A stretch of 64,000 nt of DNA, taken from positions 1 to 64,000 of the IMG/VR virus record IMGVR_UViG_3300047552_000880. One strand, given 5' to 3'. The first letter of the stretch is position 1; the number at the start of each line of letters is the position of its first letter. The position numbers and the translations under genes were made by a program. Positions 36,206 through 47,278 of the stretch are shown one piece after another. A model generated the notes under the pieces. It saw only the letters and a list, made by a program, of their open reading frames with translations. It made no database searches and was not told the DNA's origin. This stretch comes from an uncultured virus (IMG/VR IMGVR_UViG_3300047552_000880) (Duplodnaviria; Heunggongvirae; Uroviricota; Caudoviricetes).

Positions 36206-39200
36206 ATGGAACTGAACGTACAACCATACTTTGACGATTTTTCGCAAGCCAAGAAATACCAACGTATTCTCTTTAAACCCGGTTTTGCGGTTCAGGCGCG
36301 TGAACTAACACAGTTGCAAACAATTCTGCAAAACCAGATTGAACAGTTTGGTTCGCATATCTTTAAAGATGGTTCTATTGTTCATGGTCTGAAACAGACA
36401 TACCAACAGAATGTCCTTTCGATCAATATCAGTTTCAATTATGACCCTTCTTTGCTAGAAGGTAAGACAGTTACTTTCTCGGGTGGCGCAACCGCTATCG
36501 TTAAGAAGGGAACGATTGTTGATTCGAAAAAATATATATTCGTTTCGATTCTGAACGGTATTAAAGTTTCTCCTGCCGAGACATTGACAGTTGAAACTTA
36601 TACTGCCACTGTTGCGTCTGATATCACTTCAATCAATGCTGCCAACCTTTTCTCGGTCAGCGAAGGTATCATGTTCGCGAATGGTTTCTTCGCTTATGTG
36701 AATCCACAGACCAAGAATTTGGGTGTATCCTCTATTGCCGATTCTTTCTATATTGGATTTGATGTAGTTGAATCAACTGTTGATGTTGATACAGACGACT
36801 CTTTGTTGGATAACAGTATTGGTAGCAATAACTATTCTGCACCCGGCGCGGATCGTCTTAAACTTGACTTGCAGTTGAATGCTTATCAGTATGACCCAAC
36901 CGGGGCAGTTGATTATCCGAAGGCTCCTAAGAACTTTATTCAGATTGCTACCGTTGAATACGGAACTCTGATTCAGGCAACAACTAAACCAGAATACTCG
37001 GAACTTGAAACTGCTCTGGCTAATCGTACCTTCGATGAATCAGGTAACTACACTGTTCGTCCTTTCATTGCATCCATTGATAAGAGTATCAAGGGGCGCG
37101 ACGATTACATGACCCTGAAAGTTGGTGCAGGTAAGGCTTATGTTGCGGGTTATGAATACGAGACAACTGGAACAACCAACATAGAAATCTATCGAGGTCG
37201 CGATGTTGCTCCGACTGTCTATGATGACGCGATTTTAGCCCATTACGGCGATTATGTTCATCTGGTGGCATCTCCCTATGGACTGATCAATTTTAACGCT
37301 CTACCGACCGTTAATCTATATTCCGTGACATATGCAAGCGCAGGCGTTGGTACAAAGATCGGCACAGCACGACTGAAGCACTATAAATTTGATGGCAACA
37401 ATCATCGTCTTTATCTGAGTGAGATTTCTGTTGATACAGGAAAATCTTTTGCTGACGTTAAGTCCTGTATGTATGGCAGCACGTTTAAAGCCGATTTCGA
37501 TACTACCGTTGGCTTGGTTCGCGAGAAGGCATCTGTTTCATCTTTGGTTTTCAGTGTACCTCAACATGCAGTGAAAACTATGTTGCCCGATGCTGTTGCT
37601 AACATGGATTACCGGTATCGCAAATTCGTTACACTGAATTTTGTCAATAACGTTGCGACAATGAGTCTGGCTTCCGGCGAGTCTTTTATTGCTGGTAGTA
37701 ATAACGATTTGGTGAAATCTCAATACTTCAATATCGTTCCTACTAGCGGCACTACTCCTGCGCCGGGGACCGATATCATTGGTGATATTACTGTTACGAT
37801 TGCTGGCGGTACAGCGACATTCACTCGTTCTGGCACATCGGCTTCATTCTCGGCATCGGCTCAGGTTGAAGTGAAAATGTCAAACATCATGTCTAAACAA
37901 AAGACATTGACATTGGGCACTCAGTATTTCACTGCTGCTGAACTTGCAACCGATCTTTCGTTGAAGATTGCTGATGGCGTTCGTCTGATTAGTGTTCGCG
38001 ATGATGCTGGTAATGATTACACTTCTCGTTATGACTTCTATACAGGTCAGACCGACAATTTGTATGACCATTGTGGAATCCGTTTGATCGGTACATCACC
38101 TTTGGTTTCTAACACTGAACTGGTTCGTCTGGAAGTCACTTTCTCGTATTTCAAACACTCGGATGGCGCTGGTTTCTTCACTGTTGATTCGTACACAGGT
38201 TCTGGTGCTCTGTATGACCAGATTCCGTATGTTCGTATGAGTGATGGCTCGATGCTTGACTTGGCTTCTAGTATCGACTTCCGCCCTCGTAAACTTGCTG
38301 ATGGTTCAATTGAAGGTGGTTATATTGTATCACCTTTCAGTGAGATTAATGCATCATACCAATACTATGTTGGTCGAATCGATAAGCTGGTTCTGACAAA
38401 GGACAAAAAGTTTGATCTGATTACAGGAGTTCCTGCTGTCAATCCAAAGGTTCCTGCTGATCTACCTGATGCAATGACTCTGTATGTCATCGAGATTCCT
38501 GCATACACATACCGTCCTGCTGACGTTAAGATGACGTATGTCGAGAATAGACGATATACCATGCGCGACATTGGTAAGATCGACACTCGTGTATCAAAGT
38601 TGGAATACTACGCTTCTCTGTCGCTTTTAGAGAAACAAGCCGCTGACGAAAAGGTTCCGGGTATTGCTGGTATTGATAAATTCAAGAATGGCATTCTGGT
38701 TGACTCGTTTGCTGGTCACTCGGTTGGCGATGTAACTTCTCCTGAATATAATTGCTCAATTGATCAAGAGAATCGTGTTCTGCGTCCTAGATTTGACCAA
38801 AAATCTTTGGACATGGAATTCACTCTGCAATCAGGTATGAAGCGTCATGCTAATCTGATTACACTGGATTATGACACTGTTCCTTATATCGAACAGCCAT
38901 ATGCAACCAAGACTGTCAATCTGAACCCCTATGGTGTGTTTAGTTGGGTTGGTCATATGACCCTTTCTCCTTCTAGCGACAATTGGGTTGACGAAAAAAC
39001 AAATCCAGCGGTCATTGTTAATACCAATGGTGTTAATGATGCGTTCTCGATTATATCTGATACTGTTCCTGCTGGTGCAACACTTTCGACTCGTTGGAAT
39101 TCTTGGCAGTCTGTTGTCAAGGGTATTAGTTCTGTTGGAACCGAGTTTTCTTCTGACTCAACCACAACCACTAGCGGATATAAAGTCACTGACACTACGG

Positions 39201-42200
39201 CAGTAACTGGTAAACAGACTCTGACATACAACGAAACCACGGCTCGTATTGGTCTTGAGATTGCTTCTGCCCCAAGTACAATTAACACCGATCTTGGGTC
39301 AAAGGTAGTTGACGTTTCTTTGGCTCCTTATATTCGCAGCCGTGAAGTCAAATTCACTGCTATTGCTCTGCAACCGAACACTTCACTGAATGCTTATTTC
39401 GATAATGTTCTGGTAACAGATTATGTCAATCCTGCAATCTGTTTTGTCATCAATGCAGTCTCGGTTGACCCAACTGTTAAGACTTTTGTGCAACAAGGTA
39501 CAAACAATGAAGTAGAGGTCATTGGTGTATTTGGTAATCGTATCTATGGTCGCATTAAGGGCGCTGATATTACGGTCGGTAATATTGTTGCAGCAACCGA
39601 CACAGGTACTGTCACCTATTCTATTTCAAAGATCATTCGTAATACATCGACTGGCACAAAACTGGCTACCAATGAATTCGGTGAAATCTGCGGTATATTC
39701 GTTGTTCCTAATAATGATACATTGAGATTTACTGTCGGTGATCGTGCATTTAGATTGTCCGATGAAATTGATTCAAAGGATTCTCGTTGTATTGCTGAGA
39801 CTCGGTATACTGCTCAGGGACTGAATAAGACTACCGAAAAAACAATTATTTCAACTCGTGTGAATGTCATTAACATTCAACCAAAAATGCAGGTCGAAAC
39901 TGCTGTGGTTGGTGTTGAAGTTAAAGACTATGCTGTATCAACAATTTCTTATACAACCGACATTACTCCTGTTAAGCAATATGTTCTGAATGCCAATAAG
40001 ACATTGATTACTGAAGGCGAGTCGGTTAACTTTACTGTTTCTACTCAGAATGTCAATGATGGCGAGTCCATTCCATATACAATTACTGGTGTATCGTCAA
40101 ACGACATTACTGCGCCATTAACAGGTACATTAGTCATTAAAGACAATGCCGCCTCTTTGAATGTTCTTGCGACCGAAGATTTGACTACCGAAGGTTTAGA
40201 AAATATTGCATTCACAATTTCTCCTGCTAACGTAACACCACAGACAGTATCGGTTGCTATTACTGACACATCCACTGCGCCGACCATCAAGTTTGTTTTG
40301 ACAGCAAACAAGACAGTTGTAAATGAAGGCGATACAATTACATTCAGTCTCGCAACAACTGGCGTTGCCAATGGTATCAATGTGCCATATTCTATCAGCG
40401 GAGTAAATAGCGCAGATATCAGTGGCGGTGTGATGACAGGTAATTTGATCATTAGTAGCAATGCTGCATCATTGACAGTTACCATGTCTTCTGACTCATT
40501 GACCGAGGGTGTTGAGTATATTCAATTTACAATCACACCTCCAGGATATGACACACAATCGGTTGCAGCAATTGTTAATGATACTTCTTTGTCAACACCA
40601 GCGGCTTCTTATGTTCTGAATGCAAACCGTACATCGGTCAATGAAGGTCAATCAGTTACTATTACACTGAATACGCAAAACGTGTCTAATGGAACCACAG
40701 TTGCTTATACCATTACACCGAAGGCAGGTAGTACATTGACTGCTGCTGAATTGGGAATTGGTTCTCTGACCGGAAACTTCACGGTCAACAGTAATACCGC
40801 ATCTATCACCATCACACCAACGGTTGATGTGTTGACCGAAGGAACCGAGACATTCATTGTTTCTCTGGATTCTGTTGTGTGTAATAATCTGGAAATTGAT
40901 ATTGTTGACACATCGACTTCTCCTACCTATGTCGTTAATGCGAATAAGGACACCGTAAGCGAAGGCGGTACTGTCACGTTTGCGGTATCTGCAATTGGCA
41001 TGACTGGTGGCGCAATCAGCGTTCCTTATACTTTGACAGGAACGGGTATTACTTCAAGTGATCTGAATGGTGCTTCTTTGAGTGGTACATTGAGTGGGCT
41101 GAACAATAACACGGTTTCCCTACCACTGACAATTAGTACCGATGCAGCAACCGAGGGCGATGAGTCTCTGACATTCACAGCAACCATCGGCGGCGTTAAT
41201 TACACCAAAACAGTTTCTATCATTGATAGTAGTCAAGCTGCCGTGACTTATGCTGTTGTGTCGGATATGACTTCGATTGCCGAAGGTTCTACTGTCACGT
41301 TTACTGTTCAGACAACAAACCTCCCTGCATCTACTCAGTTGCAATATCGTATCAGCGGTGTTTCTTCTGGTGATATTAGTGTTGCTCCTATTGGATATTT
41401 GACTATCAATGGTTCTGGTTCTGCAACACTGGCGGTTCAATTGGTTGCAGATAGTTCAACCGAAGGTCAAGAGACACTGGTGTTTGATGTATATGGCGTT
41501 GCTAATACTATTGTGGCAACAGCAACTGTTTTGGTGCAAGACACATCAACTTCCCCTTCCACATATAGCCTGACTTCTAATGCTAGTTCTATCTATGAGG
41601 GCGGAAGTGTCACGTTTACGCTGACAACCACTAACGTTGCATCAGGAACTCTGGTGCCATATTCTATCACAGGTATATCAACTTCCGATTTGGTTTCTGG
41701 CTCTCAACTGAGTGGTTTCCTGACATTGACAGGCGGAAGTGCTTCTCATACAGTCACATTATCAGAAGATGCATTGACTGAAGGAACCGAAGTTCTGACA
41801 TTCACCATCAATCACAATGGAAATACTCGTAGTCAGAACGTCAGTGTCATTGATACCAGTTCATCGGTTCCTACATTCGTTTTGAATTCTGATAAGAGCA
41901 ACGTTGTTGAAGGCGGCACTGTTCGTTTCACTATCAACACAACAAACTACGAAACAGGTGTTATTCCTTGGTCTTTGAGTGGTACAGGAATTACTTCTGG
42001 TGACGTTAATATCATGTCGGGTAACTTGAGTGTTGTCAATGGAACTGCTTATGTTGATGTACAGATTACATCTGACGGAACAACAGAGGGCGATGAAACA
42101 TTTACATTCACTGCTACTCCTATCGGTGGGTATTCTTGTGCTCCTGTCAGTGTAACAATTTCTGATACCTCGGGTACTCCTGTTACTTATAACCTGACTA

Positions 42201-42532
42201 CAACGACTCCTACTGTCAATGAAGGGGCTTCGGTTACTGTTACATTGACCACAACAGGTCTGTCGGCAGGAACAACCATACCATATGCAATCGGTGGCAC
42301 GGGCGTAACGGCAGCGGATATTGTTGGTGGGTTGACAGGTAACTTTACATTGAATAGTTCTGGTACAGCGACAACTACATTTACTGTTGCTAACGATTTT
42401 GCAACTGAGGGCGGCGAGACGTTGGTATTCACGACAACTCATAATGGTATTAGTCGCTCATTAAATATCTTTGTAAGTGACACCAGCCAAAACGTACCTA
42501 CATTTGTGCTAAACGTGTCGTCAATTTCTTAA
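36206..42532 (+). CDS. Giant virion structural protein, N-terminal part (DUF4815/VrlC-like) with Calx-beta/Ig-like repeats
   Basis: LNV.PYFDDF...YQRILFKPG.AVQARELTQLQ, APGADRL, RT.DESGNY, RRYTMRDIG, FKNG..VD.F; then 8 repeats of about 105 aa (..V.EG..V.F...D..TEG.E...DTS). Confidence 0.9.
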   Translation: MELNVQPYFDDFSQAKKYQRILFKPGFAVQARELTQLQTILQNQIEQFGSHIFKDGSIVHGLKQTYQQNVLSINISFNYDPSLLEGKTVTFSGGATAIVKKGTIVDSKKYIFVSILNGIKVSPAETLTVETYTATVASDITSINAANLFSVSEGIMFANGFFAYVNPQTKNLGVSSIADSFYIGFDVVESTVDVDTDDSLLDNSIGSNNYSAPGADRLKLDLQLNAYQYDPTGAVDYPKAPKNFIQIATVEYGTLIQATTKPEYSELETALANRTFDESGNYTVRPFIASIDKSIKGRDDYMTLKVGAGKAYVAGYEYETTGTTNIEIYRGRDVAPTVYDDAILAHYGDYVHLVASPYGLINFNALPTVNLYSVTYASAGVGTKIGTARLKHYKFDGNNHRLYLSEISVDTGKSFADVKSCMYGSTFKADFDTTVGLVREKASVSSLVFSVPQHAVKTMLPDAVANMDYRYRKFVTLNFVNNVATMSLASGESFIAGSNNDLVKSQYFNIVPTSGTTPAPGTDIIGDITVTIAGGTATFTRSGTSASFSASAQVEVKMSNIMSKQKTLTLGTQYFTAAELATDLSLKIADGVRLISVRDDAGNDYTSRYDFYTGQTDNLYDHCGIRLIGTSPLVSNTELVRLEVTFSYFKHSDGAGFFTVDSYTGSGALYDQIPYVRMSDGSMLDLASSIDFRPRKLADGSIEGGYIVSPFSEINASYQYYVGRIDKLVLTKDKKFDLITGVPAVNPKVPADLPDAMTLYVIEIPAYTYRPADVKMTYVENRRYTMRDIGKIDTRVSKLEYYASLSLLEKQAADEKVPGIAGIDKFKNGILVDSFAGHSVGDVTSPEYNCSIDQENRVLRPRFDQKSLDMEFTLQSGMKRHANLITLDYDTVPYIEQPYATKTVNLNPYGVFSWVGHMTLSPSSDNWVDEKTNPAVIVNTNGVNDAFSIISDTVPAGATLSTRWNSWQSVVKGISSVGTEFSSDSTTTTSGYKVTDTTAVTGKQTLTYNETTARIGLEIASAPSTINTDLGSKVVDVSLAPYIRSREVKFTAIALQPNTSLNAYFDNVLVTDYVNPAICFVINAVSVDPTVKTFVQQGTNNEVEVIGVFGNRIYGRIKGADITVGNIVAATDTGTVTYSISKIIRNTSTGTKLATNEFGEICGIFVVPNNDTLRFTVGDRAFRLSDEIDSKDSRCIAETRYTAQGLNKTTEKTIISTRVNVINIQPKMQVETAVVGVEVKDYAVSTISYTTDITPVKQYVLNANKTLITEGESVNFTVSTQNVNDGESIPYTITGVSSNDITAPLTGTLVIKDNAASLNVLATEDLTTEGLENIAFTISPANVTPQTVSVAITDTSTAPTIKFVLTANKTVVNEGDTITFSLATTGVANGINVPYSISGVNSADISGGVMTGNLIISSNAASLTVTMSSDSLTEGVEYIQFTITPPGYDTQSVAAIVNDTSLSTPAASYVLNANRTSVNEGQSVTITLNTQNVSNGTTVAYTITPKAGSTLTAAELGIGSLTGNFTVNSNTASITITPTVDVLTEGTETFIVSLDSVVCNNLEIDIVDTSTSPTYVVNANKDTVSEGGTVTFAVSAIGMTGGAISVPYTLTGTGITSSDLNGASLSGTLSGLNNNTVSLPLTISTDAATEGDESLTFTATIGGVNYTKTVSIIDSSQAAVTYAVVSDMTSIAEGSTVTFTVQTTNLPASTQLQYRISGVSSGDISVAPIGYLTINGSGSATLAVQLVADSSTEGQETLVFDVYGVANTIVATATVLVQDTSTSPSTYSLTSNASSIYEGGSVTFTLTTTNVASGTLVPYSITGISTSDLVSGSQLSGFLTLTGGSASHTVTLSEDALTEGTEVLTFTINHNGNTRSQNVSVIDTSSSVPTFVLNSDKSNVVEGGTVRFTINTTNYETGVIPWSLSGTGITSGDVNIMSGNLSVVNGTAYVDVQITSDGTTEGDETFTFTATPIGGYSCAPVSVTISDTSGTPVTYNLTTTTPTVNEGASVTVTLTTTGLSAGTTIPYAIGGTGVTAADIVGGLTGNFTLNSSGTATTTFTVANDFATEGGETLVFTTTHNGISRSLNIFVSDTSQNVPTFVLNVSSIS

Positions 42533-42542
42533 ATGGAAAACA

Positions 42543-45500
42543 ATGAGCGCATATACAATCAATGAGGGACAAACAGTAAATTTGTCCCTGAATACTACTA
42601 ATTTCGGGGTAACAAATTCTGGTACAGTCCCTTATTCGATTGCAGGAACAGGAATTACTTCCGGCGACATTTCAATTCCGCTGACAGGTAATATCAATGT
42701 CACCAATGGTGTTGGCACACTGTCGTTCACTGTTTTGGCGGATACTACTACAGAGGGCGGCGAGACACTTACTGTCACATGTAATCCTGTTGGTTATCAG
42801 TGTAACAGCGTCAATTTCTCGATTCTTGATACTTCAACGACTCCTGTCTCATATACCTTAAACACCAACAAGAGTGTGGTAAATGAGGGAGATTCGTTCT
42901 CAGTGACCATGCAGGCAACTGCTAACGTTACTGCAACGATTCCTTATACTGTTACGGGTATCAATGCTGCTGACATTTCTAATGGCACTCCACTGACAGG
43001 TAACTTTGTTTTCAGTAACTCAAACACGGCGACTATTCAGTTTCAGTTGGCAAATGATGTTACTGTTAATGAGGGAACCGAAACATTGGTTATTACTGCG
43101 GGTGGCATGACTCGCAATGTTACTGTAAATGACACCTCATATGCTCCTGTTTCGTATTCATTGACTTCTAGTGCAGATGCAGTCAATGAAGGCGGCTCTG
43201 TTTCATTCACATTCACGGCAGTCAATTTACCATCTGATATTACTTGCGGTTACACTATTGCTGGTAACGGAATTACTTCTGCTGACCTTAGCGGCGCTCC
43301 ATTGACAGGAAGTTTTACTACTGTTGGCGGAACAAAAACAATTGGTCCCTTCACGATTGCTGCTGATGCTGCAACAGAAGGGGATGAAACATTCCAGTTC
43401 ATTGTTAACGGAATCTCGGGCGTTGATCTTCGACGTTCTGTTGTGATTCGTGATACAAGTCAGACACCGACTGTTTATTCGATTGCGTCCGATAAATCGA
43501 TCATGAATGAAGGTGAATCCGTTACATTCACTTTCTATTCTAGTACACCAAAGATTGTTAGTTTTGTTGTCAATGGGGTTAGTCCTAGCGATGTTACTAG
43601 CGGCGCTCTGTCTGGGACACTGAATATTACCTCTGGTAGTGCTTCTCATTCAATTGCACTTGCGAACAATAATTTTACGGACGGTGATCGTCAAATCAAT
43701 TTTGTTGTAACGACTCCTGATAATCAAGGGTTTAGTTCAATCGTAACTGTTCGTGATACCAGCAAGACAAAAGAGACTACTGCTATTTGGGTTCGGCGTG
43801 CGGTCAACAATAGTATGTTGGCGAACGAGACTACCGATCGTTGGGTTGTATATGATTTTATTCCAAATAACTTACCATCCGATATAGAACATTGGTGGAG
43901 GTCGTATATTGCGTTAAGCGTCCAGAACGTAAACGGAACGAAATTACAATCAGATTTTGAATTAGATGAATGTAAAGTATTCAATGGTTCTTTTGGAGGG
44001 GCTATTGGCGTTGGCGGAGAATTGTTGGGTGTAATGTCACACACAAGTGGAAGTGGTTTAGGACAATTTAGTTTCACAGTTGATAGTGCTACATTGAACT
44101 CTGTTCAGACTTGTCATATTGTGTTAAAAATTAAACAAGATGGACTAACAGAAGATGTTGAAACTTTCTTCATGCGTGCATCTTTGGGGTCACGCACATT
44201 CGATTCATCCGAATTCACAGTCATCGACTCCAGTACAACCGTAATTCCTGAAATATCAGTTACATCGGACAAAGAAATTATTGCCGAAGGGCAGACTGTT
44301 AAAATCACTGCCTCGACATTCAATTCAGGATCAACTGTACCATATCTTTGGTCAGCACCAATTACATATACTATCGCAAACATTGCGGCAACTGATGTTA
44401 ATATTCCTCTTACCGGAACACTGACACAGGGCGCGAATGGTATTGCTGAATTGTTTATCACTGCACTTGATGACAAAAATTACGGTGAAGGCACTGAGCG
44501 ATTCCAAGTTTATATTACATTCCCGAATGGCGAATCCCGTAATCTGACAATTGGTATCACTGACTCTACTCCTGATATTGTTCCAACAGATGCTGTTGTG
44601 AACGTTGCTCGTGGAGGTGTTGGTTTGTCAGAAGCATTGGCAAAAACAATGCACCACTCAACCTATACGTATATCGTTGATATTCCTGCTGCACAGACAG
44701 GTTTGTTTGAATATGTGTTTGATTTCTCGGGCGAACCCTCTGATGTTACGGGGCGTGAATATATTACCAATGAACAAAAAACATTGAGTCAAAACCAGTT
44801 GGTTGTTAATGTCGGCGGCGCAGCGGTTTCAAAGGTAGAAGTCGATGGTTCTCCTTTATTGTCATCCGATAGCCGAGTTGAACAAGCCTTCAATACGATT
44901 GGCATGAATACAACGAGCAAATATCGCTGCTCGATTTTCATTCCTAAGTGGGACAGTAATCCACTTACACTGTTCTTTGCCCTGCAATGGAAACATACCA
45001 TGTGGGAAGAATATTTTGGTAATGTTGGTACTGTTAGTGCAACATCAACTGAAGCTCCTGCACAGGTTGTCACACTCCGTCCCGGTGATGGCAATCTTTC
45101 TCGATACAATTCTTCTGCAAACGCTGCATGGGGTTGGTTGTCAAGACGCAACAAAGTCAATTTTAGTAGTGTCAGTACAGCCGATGTTACGGGTCTGAAT
45201 GGATCAGGTCAATTGCCGAATGGTATTGTCCCCGGAGTTACTTTACAGGCATTGACAGGCGAACAGTTGGGAGCAACTGTCAACGGCGCTTCGTTTGTTC
45301 CTTCATATGGGTTTAGTTATAATCCTGCCGATTTTTTACTTGCCCCTAAATTGGCAGGTGGTTTAGCATATACATTCATTGTGCCATTGTTTCCTGCTAA
45401 TCCAGAAGTTTCTTCGATGGTTAAAGTACATCCTGATCTTCTGAATAATTTCAGATCATCTACTTCTGAATTGGTTGTTACATATTCTCTGTTCAAACTG

Positions 45501-47054
45501 AGTTATTCCAATATTGGTACACAATTAACAGGCGGTGGTGATGTTAATTTCTTGGCGGGAAGCGCAATTTCTTCGACCGAGATTGTTGATTTCTCAAAAT
45601 ATGCCGTTTATTATCTGGTCAATGTTGCTTTGGATATCAATGCTGCTAAGAATACTTTCGGAACAACCGATATGTCGGTTCTTCAGGGTAAAATAAACAG
45701 TTACATGAACTCTAACCCGAATTGTTTGTCGGTTACATACAATATATCTTCGGGTCAAGTGTCGGATAGTTATGGTGGAACCTTACCATTCACGATCAAC
45801 ACCAGTTCATGGCAATTTATTATCAATAACGATCCCGTTGCTCAGACATTCTTTGTGGATCGCGTTTCGAGCAATGAAGGTTGCTTTGTTAAGAGTGTCG
45901 ATGTATTCTTTAAGAAGAAGTCTTCATCCGTTCCAGTTACTCTGCAATTGCGCCCTGTGGTGAATGGTTATCCTTCATCTAATACTGTTCTACCTTTCGG
46001 GGCAGTGACATTGGCGGCAGATAATATTATTGCATCCTCTACTCCTGATGTTACTAAGTACACTCGGTTTGAGTTTAGTGATCCTGTTTATTTGCCTCCC
46101 GGCGAATACTCGGTTGTCATGATAACCAATACGACTGAGTACGAAACTTATGTTGCTGAGTTGGGCGGTTTCCGACTCGATGATACATCGAAACGTATTA
46201 GTACACAAGCGTATACGGGGTCTTTCTTTGAATCGCAGAATGGTAGTACATGGAGTGCTAACCAGAATGTTGATTTGATGTTCCGTATCAATCGCTGTTC
46301 ATTCAAATCATCTGGTTCGGTTCTAATGATTCCTGATAATGATGTGCAATCAATGCCCGTTGACTTGTTCTATGTCGGCGGAGAAATGTTGGATTTCGCG
46401 GCAACCAATGTTGATATGTCTTATAACGTGGCTAACACTGGCTTCAAACCTTACATGTATGAAACTAATCAGCCAGTCGATACAAGGGTCACTATTCCGG
46501 GTCGCAACAACGGAACTGCCTACAATAGTCCAATTGTATTCAAAGCAGATGTTAAGACAACCAATGATTATATCAGTCCTGTTCTGGATACCGAGCGTAT
46601 CAGCGGTGTTTATGTCAACAACATTGTCAATTCAACTGCAACTAACGAGACATTACCACAGGGCGGCACCGCATATGCCAAGTATCTGACTCGCCGAGTG
46701 ACGCTGGATAAGAATTTCTATGCTCAGGACTTGCGGGTTCTAATGGCGGCATCGGTTCCATCCGAATGTAATGTTCGTGTGTTCTATAAGGTTCTGCCAG
46801 TTGAAGACAATGCAACTCCGTTTGATCTTCAGCCATATTACGAAATGGTCCCTGAGTATAGTCAGACCGTTGTCCCCGGTACATTCGGTGAAGTTAAATT
46901 CAAACCATCATTCGTTGATAGCAATGGAACACCTTCTTGCCTTGAAAATGACGGTTATTTCTCATCATTTGTTATCAAGGTAGTCATGGAATCTAGTGAC
47001 ACAACAAAGGTTCCTCTGATTCGTGACCTACGAGTAATGGCACTTGATTTATGA
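42543..47054 (+). CDS. Giant virion structural protein, C-terminal part, with Ig-like repeats
   Basis: Further EG...TEG.E repeats, then DPVAQTFFV, NGYP, F.DPVYL, F.SQNGSTW, AKY.TRRV.L, P.IRDLRVMAL, which is the usual C-terminus of the DUF4815-type protein. Confidence 0.9.
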   Translation: MSAYTINEGQTVNLSLNTTNFGVTNSGTVPYSIAGTGITSGDISIPLTGNINVTNGVGTLSFTVLADTTTEGGETLTVTCNPVGYQCNSVNFSILDTSTTPVSYTLNTNKSVVNEGDSFSVTMQATANVTATIPYTVTGINAADISNGTPLTGNFVFSNSNTATIQFQLANDVTVNEGTETLVITAGGMTRNVTVNDTSYAPVSYSLTSSADAVNEGGSVSFTFTAVNLPSDITCGYTIAGNGITSADLSGAPLTGSFTTVGGTKTIGPFTIAADAATEGDETFQFIVNGISGVDLRRSVVIRDTSQTPTVYSIASDKSIMNEGESVTFTFYSSTPKIVSFVVNGVSPSDVTSGALSGTLNITSGSASHSIALANNNFTDGDRQINFVVTTPDNQGFSSIVTVRDTSKTKETTAIWVRRAVNNSMLANETTDRWVVYDFIPNNLPSDIEHWWRSYIALSVQNVNGTKLQSDFELDECKVFNGSFGGAIGVGGELLGVMSHTSGSGLGQFSFTVDSATLNSVQTCHIVLKIKQDGLTEDVETFFMRASLGSRTFDSSEFTVIDSSTTVIPEISVTSDKEIIAEGQTVKITASTFNSGSTVPYLWSAPITYTIANIAATDVNIPLTGTLTQGANGIAELFITALDDKNYGEGTERFQVYITFPNGESRNLTIGITDSTPDIVPTDAVVNVARGGVGLSEALAKTMHHSTYTYIVDIPAAQTGLFEYVFDFSGEPSDVTGREYITNEQKTLSQNQLVVNVGGAAVSKVEVDGSPLLSSDSRVEQAFNTIGMNTTSKYRCSIFIPKWDSNPLTLFFALQWKHTMWEEYFGNVGTVSATSTEAPAQVVTLRPGDGNLSRYNSSANAAWGWLSRRNKVNFSSVSTADVTGLNGSGQLPNGIVPGVTLQALTGEQLGATVNGASFVPSYGFSYNPADFLLAPKLAGGLAYTFIVPLFPANPEVSSMVKVHPDLLNNFRSSTSELVVTYSLFKLSYSNIGTQLTGGGDVNFLAGSAISSTEIVDFSKYAVYYLVNVALDINAAKNTFGTTDMSVLQGKINSYMNSNPNCLSVTYNISSGQVSDSYGGTLPFTINTSSWQFIINNDPVAQTFFVDRVSSNEGCFVKSVDVFFKKKSSSVPVTLQLRPVVNGYPSSNTVLPFGAVTLAADNIIASSTPDVTKYTRFEFSDPVYLPPGEYSVVMITNTTEYETYVAELGGFRLDDTSKRISTQAYTGSFFESQNGSTWSANQNVDLMFRINRCSFKSSGSVLMIPDNDVQSMPVDLFYVGGEMLDFAATNVDMSYNVANTGFKPYMYETNQPVDTRVTIPGRNNGTAYNSPIVFKADVKTTNDYISPVLDTERISGVYVNNIVNSTATNETLPQGGTAYAKYLTRRVTLDKNFYAQDLRVLMAASVPSECNVRVFYKVLPVEDNATPFDLQPYYEMVPEYSQTVVPGTFGEVKFKPSFVDSNGTPSCLENDGYFSSFVIKVVMESSDTTKVPLIRDLRVMALDL

Positions 47055-47278
47055 GTGAAATGATTAAGATAGAGGGTTCGCCTACATTATTGCGTGACCC
47101 TCATTCAAAGGCAGTGTTAAATACTAACATTGGTGAACGCGAAGCAAGGAAACAGCAACGCGACTTCTTTTTGTCTATGCAGGCGCAGAAAAATGAAGTG
47201 GAAAAACTGAAAGAAGAATTCGGTGAAATGAAAGATGCGCTATTCCAGATTTTAAATTTGCTGAAAGATAAGAAATAA
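47051..47278 (+). CDS. Small coiled-coil protein conserved in T4-like tail regions
   Basis: KIEG...L.RD..S.AVLNTN...EV..LK.E..E.K..L..IL. Confidence 0.8.
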   Translation: MSEMIKIEGSPTLLRDPHSKAVLNTNIGEREARKQQRDFFLSMQAQKNEVEKLKEEFGEMKDALFQILNLLKDKK

